A stretch of DNA of 64,000 nucleotides from Octopus sinensis (GCF_006345805.1 NC_043003.1:59520001-59584000); one strand, 5' to 3'. Counted from the first letter of the stretch, positions 43,087 through 56,465 are shown. The notes: generated by a model from the sequence alone, not told the origin. Translations and numbers: made by a program.

Positions 43087-45128
43087 CATACATACATACA
43101 TACATACATACATACATACATACATACATACATCATACATACATACATACATACATTCATACATACATGCATACAGGTTGCGGTGAAAAACACTGCCATA
43201 CATAATACATACATACATATATACATATATACATAATACCTATGTATGTATGACTGTATGTATGTATGTATGTGTCTGTGCGTGTGTTTGTTCGTGCGTG
43301 TGCTTGCGCGCGCGTGTGTGTGTGCGTACGTCTGTACTGCTTTCTATACTTTGCGACAGTTTGGGACACAGTTCTGTGGATATCGCAGAGTGTGAAGTTT
43401 CTCTTCGTGATGTATCTGATGTTTAACTTAGGTTTCTAAGATGGCATTTACTGTTTGCCCTTTCAGCATAAAAAATTGTTCAATTTGGAGTCGCCTATTC
43501 TCAACACTAAGAGTATCCAATGCAACGCGTCATTGAAAACTGATGATTACTGCATCGATGCTATCATTTCTTTTTTCTCTAGAAATCGAAAACTGCATTC
43601 AGTATTGTATATTTCCTTTCTCTTGTCTCACTTCATATATTTTCATCTCTTTGATAAAGTGTACTAGCCGAAACAGACCGAATTTTGCTTTTCTATAGTA
43701 TTTACCTCCATTGTACACGTCTTTGAATAACGTTTCTAAGCTGTAATTTACTTTGCTTATTTAGTCATTTGTCTGACTCTGTGTATGATTTGTGTGTTTC
43801 TTCATCAAATATTATTTGTGCCATTTTTATCTTCCTCTATATACTTCTTTTCTTGTCAAGTTATAATGAAATATTTTAACATTAACTGAAGAATTACGCA
43901 ACAGCTTTTTTATAGAGTACATATATGTATGTATGTATGTATGTCTGTATGTACGTATATAAGTGTATGTATGTATGTATGTATGTATGTATGTATGTAT
44001 GTATATATATATATATATATATATAAACAAATGGAGGTATAGACATGATCAATTGTATACACATAGTCACGTGTATAAAACTCACTTTAAAGAGTTGAAC
44101 GTGTTTCTTATAATGCTTGATGCATTGTAAATGGAGAAGTTGAAGATCAATTGACATGTCATTGAATATCAAGCCACTGGATACTTTTCAAAATGGACGA
44201 CAATATACATGTTATTCACAAATCGCGACTCTTATCGCAGCTCATGAAACGGCATAGTATCCAACAAGAACTGTTTCCTGTTTGTTGAATGATATATTTA
44301 ACAAACTGAACCAGATGAAAATGATTAACAGAATACGTTGCATTTTTTATAATTCTGTGAATGCTGGTCACAATAAAACAGCAAACGATAAATCATAAAG
44401 GAAGAAAATACTATGTTGAAAATGACAACCAAAAATAAGATGTTATTAAGGATCCAAACAGCAAATGGAAGAAATATATAATTTATTTCTTCATTATTTA
44501 TTCAAATCGGGAAATAAGCTGGCATAGCTCTGTATACAAAGCATTGACTTACTGACTATATAACGCTGTAAGTTATATAACTACGCTGCGTTTCATGAGA
44601 AAAAACTTCATTTAATATTTGTTTATAGATTTAGGGAACAGACACCGGATGATTTAAATATGTTACCTGCAATATACTCGTACGATATACGGTTATATTT
44701 TCCTCTTATCGACTATACGTTGTGTGCGTCAGTTAAGCTCTGGCTCTCCCGTGTTCTTTGAGACTAACATAACGATTTACTGAGTTGAAATATTTGTTTT
44801 TAAATAAAGAAAATGTAATAAATGTAGCTGGAATCTGTGGGACAAAAAAACTCCAGAAGCGCATAATATATGTATTTACAACCGCGTCATGTAGATTACA
44901 TCAGTTCTCGCTCGGTCTGCGAAATTAAGTAACGTCGAGTGTCAAATATTAGGATGTGTCGCCTACGTACTCATCTCTCTCTCCCCCTCACTCTCCCCTT
45001 CTTTTTCTCTCTCTAGTTCTAAGCTGTAGTCAGATCCAGCAGGAATAGGACCTATCAGGGTGAAAATGGCAAACACTCAACATGTATCCGCAGCGCTCCT
45101 ACGACGCCTTAATGTGGGGTCGAAAAGG

Positions 45129-45164
<36 letters not shown>

Positions 45165-45166
<2 letters not shown>

Positions 45167-45250
45167 ACATTTAACAATAAAACATATGCATACATACACA
45201 CATATATGTACATACATACATCTATATGTATATATACATGCATATATATA

Positions 45251-45296
<46 letters not shown>

Positions 45297-45691
45297 TACA
45301 GGACACCACAAATAAAAGTAGAACACAACAAGAAACGAAAGCATGAAAACAAACAAGGAAACGAACTTTTTTTAACAACGAAAAAACAGAGTACAAGACA
45401 AACAATACAAAGAATATTTCCCTTCATCAGCTGCCCCTGGTTCGACTCAATGCGTGTTTCGAAGTTAAGGGCAGAACACGATCCGACCGAAGTAGTCCTT
45501 CCTTCAAAATGAATTAAATAAAATTCTTTTGAAAAGGGCAAAAAAAGAAAAAAGTGACAAGAACAGGACGTAAAAGCAATACAAATAAAAATACAGTACA
45601 CATAAAGAATAAAAACAGGACAAGGAAACCAACATTGAGGGCTTTTTTAAGCCTAGACGATGGATGCATATGTTTTATTGTTAAATTGTTA
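45165..45691 (-). mobile_element. Non-coding Penelope-like element with 27-bp terminal inverted repeats
   Basis: taacatttaacaataaaacatatgcat (45165-45191) inverted at 45664-45691. Shares aacatatgcat, gtacaggacacca, cccttcWtcag, gtttcgaag and taaaattct with the 20087 element. Confidence 0.6.
45417..45480 (-). ncRNA. Putative non-circularly permuted hammerhead ribozyme (copy B)
   Basis: Minus strand: CGTGT T | CTGCCCTT aa CTTC GAAACACG ..14 nt.. AGGGGCAG CTGATGA AGGG. Confidence 0.55.
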
Positions 45692-45770
45692 CTATATGAC
45701 TGAACGCCTCGCGTCGCTTCTTATCCTCCAAGTAAGTTTTTATTATATATATATGCAACCTTTCATGTGT

Positions 45771-46510
45771 GATGATGCAACCTTTCATGTGCATGTTGCT
45801 AAATTGGCAATGAAATGTAGGCGACTGACCGGATGGATTCTTAGAACCTTCAGAACAAGAGACCAGGAAACCATGATGGTCCTTTGGAGGGCACTTGTCC
45901 TAAGCCACTTTGACTATTGCTCTCAGCTATGGTCACCATCCAGTGTCAATTTAATCACAGAACTTGAGGCGATCCAACGAAGCTACACGAAACAGATAGC
46001 ATCTGTGCAGCATATAAGATATTGGGAAAGACTCAAGAGATTGAGACTCTATTCCTTAGAGCGTAGGCGAGAAAGATATGCCATAATATACATCTGGAAG
46101 ATCCTAGAAGGACTTGTCCCAAACTTTGGCATCGAGAGTTACACAAATGCCAGAACTGGGCGCCACTGCATAGTGCCTAGGACTCCAAATTTGCCATCAA
46201 GATGTAGGACAAGATAATGTGATAGCCTGGGCTTCCGAGGCCCACAGCTCTTCAATACCCTCCTGAAGAACCTAAGAGACCTGCATGGGGTGGACGCAGA
46301 TTTCTTTAAAATGAAACTGGATCTCTTCTTGTCAGGTATCCCAGATGAACCAACTTCACGGCAGGAGGTGCAGATGAGGGCAGCTGCTTCGAACTCTCTC
46401 ATGCACCAAATGGCAATTGCTAAAAAGCATTCGTGGAGTAAAATCATGTAGCAACACCAAATGGCGGTGCCCCAGCATGGCCACAGCTTGTGAGCTGAAA
46501 CTAGATAAAT
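45771..46510 (+). mobile_element. 5'-truncated CR1-group LINE with intact 3' end
   Basis: ORF 45660-46217 has GWILRTFRTRD, LSHFDYCSQLWSP and LYSLERRRERY. The 3' tail ggcggtgccccagcatggccacagc..ctgaaactagataaa is present. Confidence 0.92.
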
Positions 46511-46629
46511 ATAAAAAATATATATATATATATAGATAAAAAAAAAAAAAAAATATATATATATATTATATATATATCCGCGTGTATATCGTTGGCGATT
46601 TTCTTTCTCAGTCTTCCCTTTTTTGGACT

Positions 46630-46715
46630 TCATATTTCTGACGACGAGCTCCGCTCGAAACGTGGAATCCACTTTCTTTTCTTTCCTTTCCTGTACTTAT
46701 TCCACGTCCTCGCAT
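46630..46715 (+). ncRNA. Type I hammerhead-like motif lacking stem I
   Basis: CTGACGA c GAGC tcc GCTC GAA ACGTGGAAT..28 nt..ATTCCACGT C: 4-bp stem II, 9-bp stem III and GUC, but no stem I partner. Confidence 0.55.
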
Positions 46716-46746
46716 TGTTGTTTTTTCTTGCTTGTTCGTGTCTGGT

Positions 46747-46793
<47 letters not shown>

Positions 46794-46829
46794 ATATATA
46801 TATGTGTGTACATATATATATATACATAT

Positions 46830-47020
46830 CATTATGTTATGGGGACGCAAAAAATGAACAACGGCTGTCAGGCGATGGAAAGGCAAAGACAAACACACAC
46901 ACACACAAACACATACACACATGCACACATATGACGGGCTTCCACGGGGTTTCCGTCGGCCAAATTCACTCACAAGACATTGGTCAACCCCGGGTTAATA
47001 GTAGAAGACACTTACTCAAG
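46830..47020 (-). mobile_element. Divergent SINE family A fragment
   Basis: gacgggcttcc...tttccgtcggccaaattcactcacaagacattggtc. Confidence 0.65.
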
Positions 47021-47362
47021 ATATTTTTCGTTTTAATTCGAATATCTTTTGAAAAATAAAAACATTAAAAAAGAACGAACAGACTTATCTGTCAAACTAA
47101 TGCATAAAATTTTCTTTATAGATTATACTAAGTTGTCAGTTAAATTTGCTCGTTGCTTTTTTTTTTGTTTTGTTTTTTTCTTGTGTTATTTGAAATAACA
47201 CTAAAATATCTTTATCGTATTATTTCATTCTTTTTGTTCTGTTCTTCCTCTGCAAAATTTGTTTATCGTTTTTGAAACTTGAATATATTTTACCTCTTTT
47301 CAAATATTTGATGATGCAGAAAAAAAGCAAAACCGGAAGATTTTATCTTATAATTCAGTACT

Positions 47363-47753
47363 GTTTTACTTTTTTACATGTTTCAGTCATGTGACTGTGG
47401 CCATGGTGGAGCACCGCCTTTAATCGAGCAAACTGACCCCAGGACTTATTCTTTGTAAGCCTAGTACTTATTTTATCAGTCTCTTTGGCCGAACCGTTAG
47501 GTTACGGGGACGTAAACACACTAGCATCGGTTGTCAAGCGATGTTGGGGGACAAACACAGACACACAATCATATACACACACATGCATACATACATACAT
47601 ATATATATACATATATTCGACGAGCTTCTTTTAGATTCCGTCAACCAAATCCAATCACAAGGCTTTGGTCGGCCCAGTCTATAGTAGAAGACACTTGCCG
47701 AAGGTGCCACACAGTGGGATTGAACCCAGAACCATGTGGTTGGTAAGCAAGCT
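47363..47753 (-). mobile_element. SINE family A, near full length
   Basis: Reverse-complement match from the tail to the B-box. Confidence 0.9.
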
Positions 47754-48158
47754 CTGAATTAATTTGACAAACTAATATAAACAAATGAACGTAATTTCTA
47801 ATATTTTCCAACAAAGAAAATCTTTATTAGCTCGTTTTCTTTTTCACAGTAGAAACACTGTGCTAATTCGCAAAAACAGCCAAATAATATAATTCGGCCT
47901 TCCTTTTTTAATGTATCTCTTATTTGCTTATTATTATTATTTTTTTTTTTTCACTATATTTTATATCTTCTGTCAGAAAGAATCCTGGTTTGCTGGAATC
48001 ATTAATATTTCTTATATCATGATCCATAATCGCTGTTGTGTCCCTGCTGTCCCGTTTCAGAAGTGAAATTTTAAACGGAAATTTCATTCTAATATTAGTT
48101 TGTTCCTCGCATCTTCTTAGCAGTCATCAGTCATGCAGGCAGACAAACAGACAGGCAA

Positions 48159-48190
<32 letters not shown>

Positions 48191-48329
48191 CAGGCACACG
48201 GAAAGGCACCAGCCGAAGCAAGCGAGCAGATAAGCAACTCTGATTGTCATTAATAGCAGCAGTAGCAACAGCGGTGACAAACGTATTAAAACAAAAGCAT
48301 AAACGAAAACGGAACAACAGCAACAACAC

Positions 48330-48734
48330 CTCCAACAGTAGTAGTAGTAGTAGTAGTGGTGGTGGTGGTGGTGGTGGGGAAAGGAGAGGTGTGGTCAGGG
48401 TTGAGAGAGGGGTTTTCGACAAGCATCTATTGTAAGGAAAAAGGACGGCAGCTGCAGCAGCAGCAACATTAGTAGTAGTAGTAGTAGTAGTAGTAGCGGT
48501 GGTGGTGGTGGTATTAGTAGTAGTAGTAGTTGTAGTAGTAGTAGTGGTTGTGGTGGTAGTAGTAGTAGTAATGGTGGTGGTGGTAGTAGTGGTGGTGGTG
48601 GTAGTAGTAGTAGTGGTGGTGGTAGTGGTGATAATAGTAGTAGTAGTAGTAGTGCCCTGGTTTCTTCCTTAACATGAATAAGCTATATTAAAGAAGTCCT
48701 TTGCCGGTGGTGGGGCCGGTAGACTTGGGGAGAT

Positions 48735-48817
<83 letters not shown>

Positions 48818-48841
48818 GAAAAGAAAGAAAGAAGAAAGGAA

Positions 48842-48882
<41 letters not shown>

Positions 48883-48960
48883 TAAGAAAAAAAGGAAGAA
48901 AGAAAGAAAGAAAGGAAAAGAAAGAAAGGAACAAAGAAGGAGAGTGAGAGAGAGAGACAT
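48330..48960. repeat. (AGT)n/(GGT)n compound array and (AAAG)n tract
   Basis: Directly visible. Confidence 0.95.
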
Positions 48961-50146
48961 CTGAACAAAATGTGAAAACATTTTAAAATAGGGGAAGTAG
49001 AACGGGCATTACTTTTCGAAGCTTTTATCTTAATTTTGTTGATTGATTAATTATTATTATCATTTTTACTTTCTTTTTGCCTTTCGTCCGGGCTTAAGAA
49101 TCACATTGTTATGCCAAAATCTGCAGTAGCTTAGCCGTTTTAAGGAAGCACCTGCTATATATAATAAACAAGACGTTTAAAGGATCCTGGTGAACACGAT
49201 GCCGTTTCGGTGCAGCTGATCTGAGACTCGTTTTGTCCTGCGTTCATACTTTCTCTGCTCCTTTCACCAAGTCATTTCTTCCGTTTTGGAAAGTGAGCTC
49301 TTCCGGTCTGCCAAGTGAGAGGGGAGAAAACGATGCTGTTCTTGACACTCAGCAAAGACGAATGGGCTGCACCGGAAACATAATCCATCCCCACTGAAGT
49401 AACTTGGTCAAATAACTTGGTAACGTCAGTAGCGTTGAACTGGCGAAAAGAGAAAGCAATAGAGCTATTTTTATATATTTTCATGTCTCACTTAACTCTA
49501 CAACTGCTTCAGTTAATTCGCTATATTGAAACCAGTGTACACCATATCGGAACACTTCTTTCCTTTTTATATTTCTATAGAATTATTTATGACTTCTCAT
49601 TGTTACAATTAACATGTATTAACACAAGTATTTCTAGAGTTTATGAGAGGCAGGACACCATTGCCATACGTTACAATGTATCTTAAACGGAAATATACAA
49701 GAATATACGCATTTTTTTTTTCAATTGTTGGGCCCTTTTTCACTATTTTCCAGTCAATAGATTAGCCTTTTTATAAAAGCAAGGGATAAGAGTTATAACA
49801 TTACGGTTTTAAGAGTTGTCACCGTATTTAGAATTTATGTTGTTAAACGGTTAATTCAAAGACACAATAAATATCTAGTGAAATGATGTAAAAATATATT
49901 AGTGACAAAGTTTAAGTGTAGCAGCGTGACTGCGGTTTTAGTGAGGATAGAAAAGATTTAAAGAATAATTCAAATTTCTGTATATTAGGTTAGTTATTCG
50001 AATTTGGATGCAGTTCAATGGAATTTTTGGAAACGGTTTCGGTGTGGGAAAACCCATTATCTAAGATTCGTTTCGGTGTAAAGTTTGTATAAACATAGTT
50101 TTGGGCGATGTCAGTTAACATCTCTCGCTCTTTCTCTCTCCCTCAA

Positions 50147-50192
<46 letters not shown>

Positions 50193-50257
50193 AATCCTTG
50201 TTTCTCCCTCCTTCCCTCCCTCTCCCTCCCTCTCTCTCTCTCCATATATATCTATAT

Positions 50258-50642
50258 TCTTTTACTGTTTTACTTGTTTCAGTCATTTGATTGTGACCAT
50301 GCTGGAGCACCGCCTTTAATCGAGCAAATCAACCCCAGGACTTATTCTTTCTAAGCCTAGTACTTAGTCTATCGGGCTTTTTTGCCGAAGATACGGGGAC
50401 GTAAACACACCAACATCGGTTGTCAAGTGATGCTGGGGGACAAACACAGACACAAATATATACACACACATAGAGATATCTATATAGTTATATACGACGG
50501 GCTTCTTTCAGTTTCCGTCTACCAAATCCACTCACGAGGCTATAGTAGAAGACACTTGCCCAAGGTGCCTCGCGGTGGGACTGAACCCGGAACTCTATGT
50601 GGCCCGTAAGCAGGCTACTTACCACAGAGCCACTCCTACGCC
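50258..50642 (-). mobile_element. SINE family A, full length
   Basis: Reverse-complement match including the head ggagtggctctgtggtaag. Confidence 0.9.
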
Positions 50643-50735
50643 AATGTGTGTATATATATATACACACTTCATTAAAAAGCAGCAAAAATATCACAAGACA
50701 TGTTACTCGTGGTGGTGTTGGTGGTGGAGGTAGAG

Positions 50736-50770
<35 letters not shown>

Positions 50771-50791
50771 TATTATTATTATTATTATTAT

Positions 50792-50830
<39 letters not shown>

Positions 50831-50847
50831 CAGTAGTAGTAGTAAAA

Positions 50848-51058
50848 GTAGTGCTCTAGTTTATTCCTTGTTAACATAAGTCTTTTTCTGGTGGTAGGGC
50901 CGATAAACAAAACTGTCAGACGAACGAGAACATGAAACTCTGAGTAACAGTTTTTGTAATATTTTTGCTGCTTTTTAATAAAGCATATTACTCTACAATT
51001 GGTATTCGAGTACTATTTTCTCCACCCTGTTTCACATTTACATGCTTACTCTGGTACA
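50848..51058 (+). mobile_element. Penelope-like terminal fragment with HHR remnant; partial inverted copy at 50668-50707
   Basis: aaaactgt CAGACGA ACG agaa CAT GAAACTCTGAGTA acagtttt; inverse of the 25148-25255 piece. Confidence 0.6.
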
Positions 51059-51139
51059 TACACATATATATATATATATTCATGTGAGAGTGTGTATATC
51101 TATTCATATATATATATAGAGAGAGAAGTATACATAGAA

Positions 51140-51201
51140 GGACTGAACCCGGAACCATGTGGTTGGTAAGCAAGCTTCTTTACCACACGGCCACTCCTAC
51201 G
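51140..51201 (-). mobile_element. SINE family A head
   Basis: gactgaacccggaaccatgtggttggtaagcaagcttctttaccacacggccactcc. Confidence 0.8.
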
Positions 51202-52190
51202 ACTTACAAATATAGTAAAGAACTAAACAACACTAACCGGGTAAACTGACAGACCATCTTAATGATCACTTGATATGATAAAATAGCAGCCAACTCGCTT
51301 TCAAATGACTCCTTATCTTATCTCTATACCGATTTACGGGTGTAAAAATAATGGAGGGTGTAATTTGAAAGGTTAAACTGAATTACCTCGTCTGTTTTTA
51401 TTGTATACTAAGGATGGTGAGGAAGGTGTATTGCGACGTATGCAAAATTAAATGACTATAGAACAGGAATCGAAACCTTACAGTGGACAATGATCACAGT
51501 AAATCTAGCTCTTACAACTGAACGTTGTGGGAATTATATTTGATCACCATATTTTTTTATAGATCATGGAAAAATATTCTCGCCCGACAGGTCTTAAACT
51601 AAATATAGCAAAGCATTTACCCTAACTCCTAAATGATTCACCAAAGGAAAGTACCGATTCCATTGTAACAATAATTACAATAATGTGTTGACAGCAATAT
51701 TTCCTTCAGGGTGCAACTTTGAAATGATAACTGCTTCAACATTATCAAGACCATGGCCATCATTAGAATTCTCCAGTAAACCTAAATAACAGTGACATTT
51801 AAATCATAATACAATCTAAAAACGAGTCCTTGAGTAGACAAGACCTACGGTTAAAATCTTTGACTATCCCACGTTGATAACAACTTCTTTCTTTTGTTTA
51901 CTAATTTTCTATGAACTGCTATTATCTCTGGGTTATATGAACCTCAGATATATTCAGCCACTGTTTTCGCCTCTTGGTAATTCTGCACACAGACACAGAC
52001 ACAGAGAGACAGACAGACACACAATATACACACACGCACACACATACATGTACACACACATATGCACATCCGCACTGCACATACACACAGACACGTTTGT
52101 TTGTGTTGATGTATGAATATATAAAATACATATAAAACATATCTATCTCTCTGTCACCCTTCTCACTTTCTCTCTCTAAAGATATATATA

Positions 52191-52236
<46 letters not shown>

Positions 52237-53715
52237 GCACACACACAAGCGCACACTCATATATATAATATTGATATGTATGTGTATATATAACGATATA
52301 TGCAGACATACATATATACATATATAACTATACCACTATATCATGTTAACCTTTACAGGAAAAATATTCCTTTTGTTTAATAGTCTTTCTCTTAATCTTT
52401 GCGTTAGGAAGGAATGGCAGTGCATATGACTCTTTATTACAGAGGCCCCCGAGACTTAGTTTCGGAGGAATAGTGGGATCCGCTGCCACCCAATGACTGA
52501 AGCCAGTATTCCAAAATATCGATGCAAATCTACACGGTGTGGTATCAATTGTATAATTTGAATTATACAATTTTCTTTGATCTTTTTTATATTAGCAGTA
52601 TATGCCGAGTATTGGGTAGCAACAATATAATAACATGAGTTTTGGTGATATTCGATTGTTCTCATTGGTTAATAAATTAAGAACTACGTTTCTTACTTTA
52701 TCCAGCCAGGAAGATCGAACATTTATCTATATCAACGAAACTTGGGTGCATTTCAACGCTAAATTATACTGTTTTAAATAAATAGAAATATGTTTGAGTA
52801 AAAGTAAGAAACGCACTTCAGAAAGTATGTTCTTATTGCTCAAAATTCAAATTTCTGGACCAACCATGATTGATTTAGAAGTGATCGTTTTCCCTTATAA
52901 TAACTAGCTGTCAGGGCACCATTGGTTGGAAATTACGATAGTGGGCTGAAAGGTATATATGCTGGCTATAGAGTGATGGCAGAGCTGTGAAATTTTGCAT
53001 GCTTTATTTCAGCCTCTTTATATCAATAACTTCATTATTTCTTTCCAGATAAACTGATATATGAGTGTTCAGAAGAGACTTGAAAAGTAACTAGCAGCAA
53101 CTTCTCTTGAAACTGGACAAAATTTGGCAGCGCAGTGTTATCAAGTAGGCAGCTGAATTTAAGATGGGGAGGGAGAGTCTTAAAGATGACTTAATGTCTG
53201 CCTGTCCTGCAACTTCCAACACCGACGAAAATATTGATAGTGTTCTGTCCCTGTTTCAAACTGATTTTTATGATTCTCTCAAGATTGCACGAAAATTATT
53301 CATAAAAACAAGATAATAACAAAATTAATCTGAGTTCAACCATTGATGTACAACCAAACAGAGCAATAATGTAGCGGGAATTATAACAATAATAGTAATA
53401 AAAACCGGTTCTGTTCTTCGAATTCACTCTGTGCTGTGGGATTGAATCTGTATGAATGCGTGTGCGTGCATACGTGTGTGTAGGGGCAGGCAGAAGCCAG
53501 AGTAAAATTGTTAACTTCAAACACGGTTCGTAGCACCTTGGACACGAGATGTTCTGGTAGATGTTCGTGTCGACCAACGTTATGTGTGCAAGGTTGATAG
53601 ATAGAAACTTTGTTGCGGAAATCCATAGATTGTATATATGTATATGTATATGCATATGTGTATGTATGTATGTATGTATGTATGTATGTATGTATGTATG
53701 TATGTATATAGATAG

Positions 53716-53747
<32 letters not shown>

Positions 53748-56219
53748 ATAGATAGATACATGCATACATACATACATACATACATACATACATACATACA
53801 TACATACATACATACATACATACATAGAATTAGTGGAAATTTATCAACATACATCTGCTCCTGGAAACCTGTTATTGATATCAAAATACTAAATGTCATT
53901 TATATTTTATAAAGATGACAATTTTTTCTACAGATATTGCTCATAAACTATCATTTTCAACTTCAAAGTAAGTTGTAATTGTTTGGGTACGTATACATTG
54001 GAAAATATAAGTATATTTGTCTTTTGGCCGCATTTATAATCCATTATCACACCTGCAAAATACAAGAACAGTCAAACATCTACAATATTTCATGTTAATG
54101 TCACTTTCTAGTATTCAAATATAGTGAAGTTACTTTTAGAAGTTCTTTAAAATTATTTGAAGTAACATTTTACTGCTAATTTATTATTACTAGACAGCTA
54201 ATGGGTAGGAATGAATAAAAGATGATCCCGATACGGCAAAATGGTAAAACGAAAACATAAATTATAGAGACTATGTTGTAAAATGACGTAAAATATCGGA
54301 TTGAAAACTAATTTAAGAACTTCATCTGTATCAAGATATGAGTTTACTATCGATGGCAAATTGTACATTCTAATACCAAGGGACGAAAGTTGTTGAAAGT
54401 TAATATCCACTCCACATATATATGAAGCACTAAATATCAGCTTTGAGGAATATGCGAAAATTGAGTGTATTTAATAATAAATATGAAAGGACTTAAGATA
54501 GTAAAAATATTTCAGAAATTTTAGATAAATCTAAAAATGTGACATAATTTTTGAAAGTATTTTCTCCATAGGCTTACATTTTTTCTGGATATTTTAAACG
54601 ATATTGGCATTTCAGAAACCGAAAATAACTTTCTTGTTCGAATAAATGCTAATACTTTCAAGTAGTTTATAAACGTGGTCATATCATCCATTATTCTACT
54701 TTTTATATTTTAGTCTGATATATTCGAACAAGTATCCTTATCTTGGTTGTTATGGTCACAATGTTTCAGTTGAAGGGAAGTCAACAGAATGAGGGCAATC
54801 TACCTATGTAACGTTACAGATTACGAAGGGTATCTGAATTTGTAATTTACGCAACAAAGAAGAGAAGTCTGAACGGTAATCTCTTTTCTCATCTTGTATG
54901 ATTAAGTTACAAACTAAATTACTATCGTAATCTGTAACCAAGATGAGGAATGAGAACACTAGTTCAAATATATCGATCTATAATGACTGGCTACAGCATT
55001 ATTCGATTATAAGTTTTGTCAATCGTAGAATTTCAACTGAATATTATTAAGTTACCAACAGCAAATAAGGAACTTACTAAATTCTAATTGCTTTTCGTGA
55101 ATTCTTAGTCTTTCGTTTACTTATTGCATTGGGCGTCAACATTTCTTTCATCAACCGTTATAATTTTCATAAATATTAAAAAATTTTGGAAGAGATAGGA
55201 TGGTGTTTTAGGAAGATTTGACATCTGATCCTTGTACGTTCAGCGATGCTTTAATGTCCACGCAGCTTAATGTTTCGGTAAAACAAACCGAATATAAATA
55301 AAACAAATAAATAAAAAGATTGTAATAGATTTGCTCGACTAAAACCCACTTAGTCGGTGTTCCAGCGTGGCTGGAGACGAATGACTGATATGATTAATGA
55401 ATAAAAAGTAAAAGAATCGTAGAAGAGCGGCAATAAAAAGTTAATATATAACTTTCTCCATAAAACATCATGCAAGTAATTATGTTTAAAAATGAAATAA
55501 AATTAACAAGAGTATATTTAATGAAAAAATAAAACAAGTCAAGTAATTGTATTTATTTACTTAGTTAGTTTTGAATTTTCATAAATCAAGTTAAATATTT
55601 CATATATCGATACAAAGTTATATATGGATTATATGTTATACTGTGTTTCAGTGGTTGTTTTAGAATTTCTTCCGGTTCATAGTCTTCATTATTTTTTGTT
55701 CCATTTCATCAATATGACGTGCGATCGCTTTAGCGTTTATTTTAATTAAGAATATTTGTATCCTGAAACACCCAAAAATTTCGAATGTAAATATGGATAT
55801 TGACGCAAAATGTGGAATAAAAAAGCATCCTTTTTCTTAGTCTATCTTTCAGTTTCTTAGTATTTCAGTCAACCCTCGTTCCTCCTCACCTCTCTTTTCA
55901 CCTCTCTCTTTGCGTATACACACATACATACATACATATATATGTGTGTGCGTGTATAAATATAAACACATACATCATCTATATGGTAGAGTTTATATGC
56001 AAAAATTAAAATCTATTCACTACAAATTCTTACATATAAGACATCCAAAACAGAAAGACACCAACCTGCATATATAGGTATTGGTAAATATATTCTGCAC
56101 TAAATTCGCTAGTCACAAAGGAAAAAAGGTTGCAAATGAACTATTCCGACTTCTGTAACTCAGAGTGATGCACTCAACGAACAGAAGTAGATTCCCCAAG
56201 TTATGCTATAACTATCTAT

Positions 56220-56263
<44 letters not shown>

Positions 56264-56427
56264 CTATCTATCTATCTATTGATATATATATATATTAATG
56301 TATACACACACTCACATACGCATATATATATATACATACACATGTAAATATATAGGCATAGACACATATACACATATACACATAGATACATATATATATA
56401 CATGCATATAGATAGATAGAAAGATAC

Positions 56428-56465
<38 letters not shown>

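Noticed and set aside
48240-48256. PBX/MEIS/HOX-like composite site TGATTGTCATTAAT
   Set aside because: A short AT-rich motif cannot be supported without conservation or chromatin data.
52443-52540. GC-rich patch with GAAACTAAGTC on the minus strand and a possible plus-strand exon RPPRLSFGGIVGSAATQ*
   Set aside because: No CUGAnGA on the same strand; the peptide is too short and unrecognised to call.
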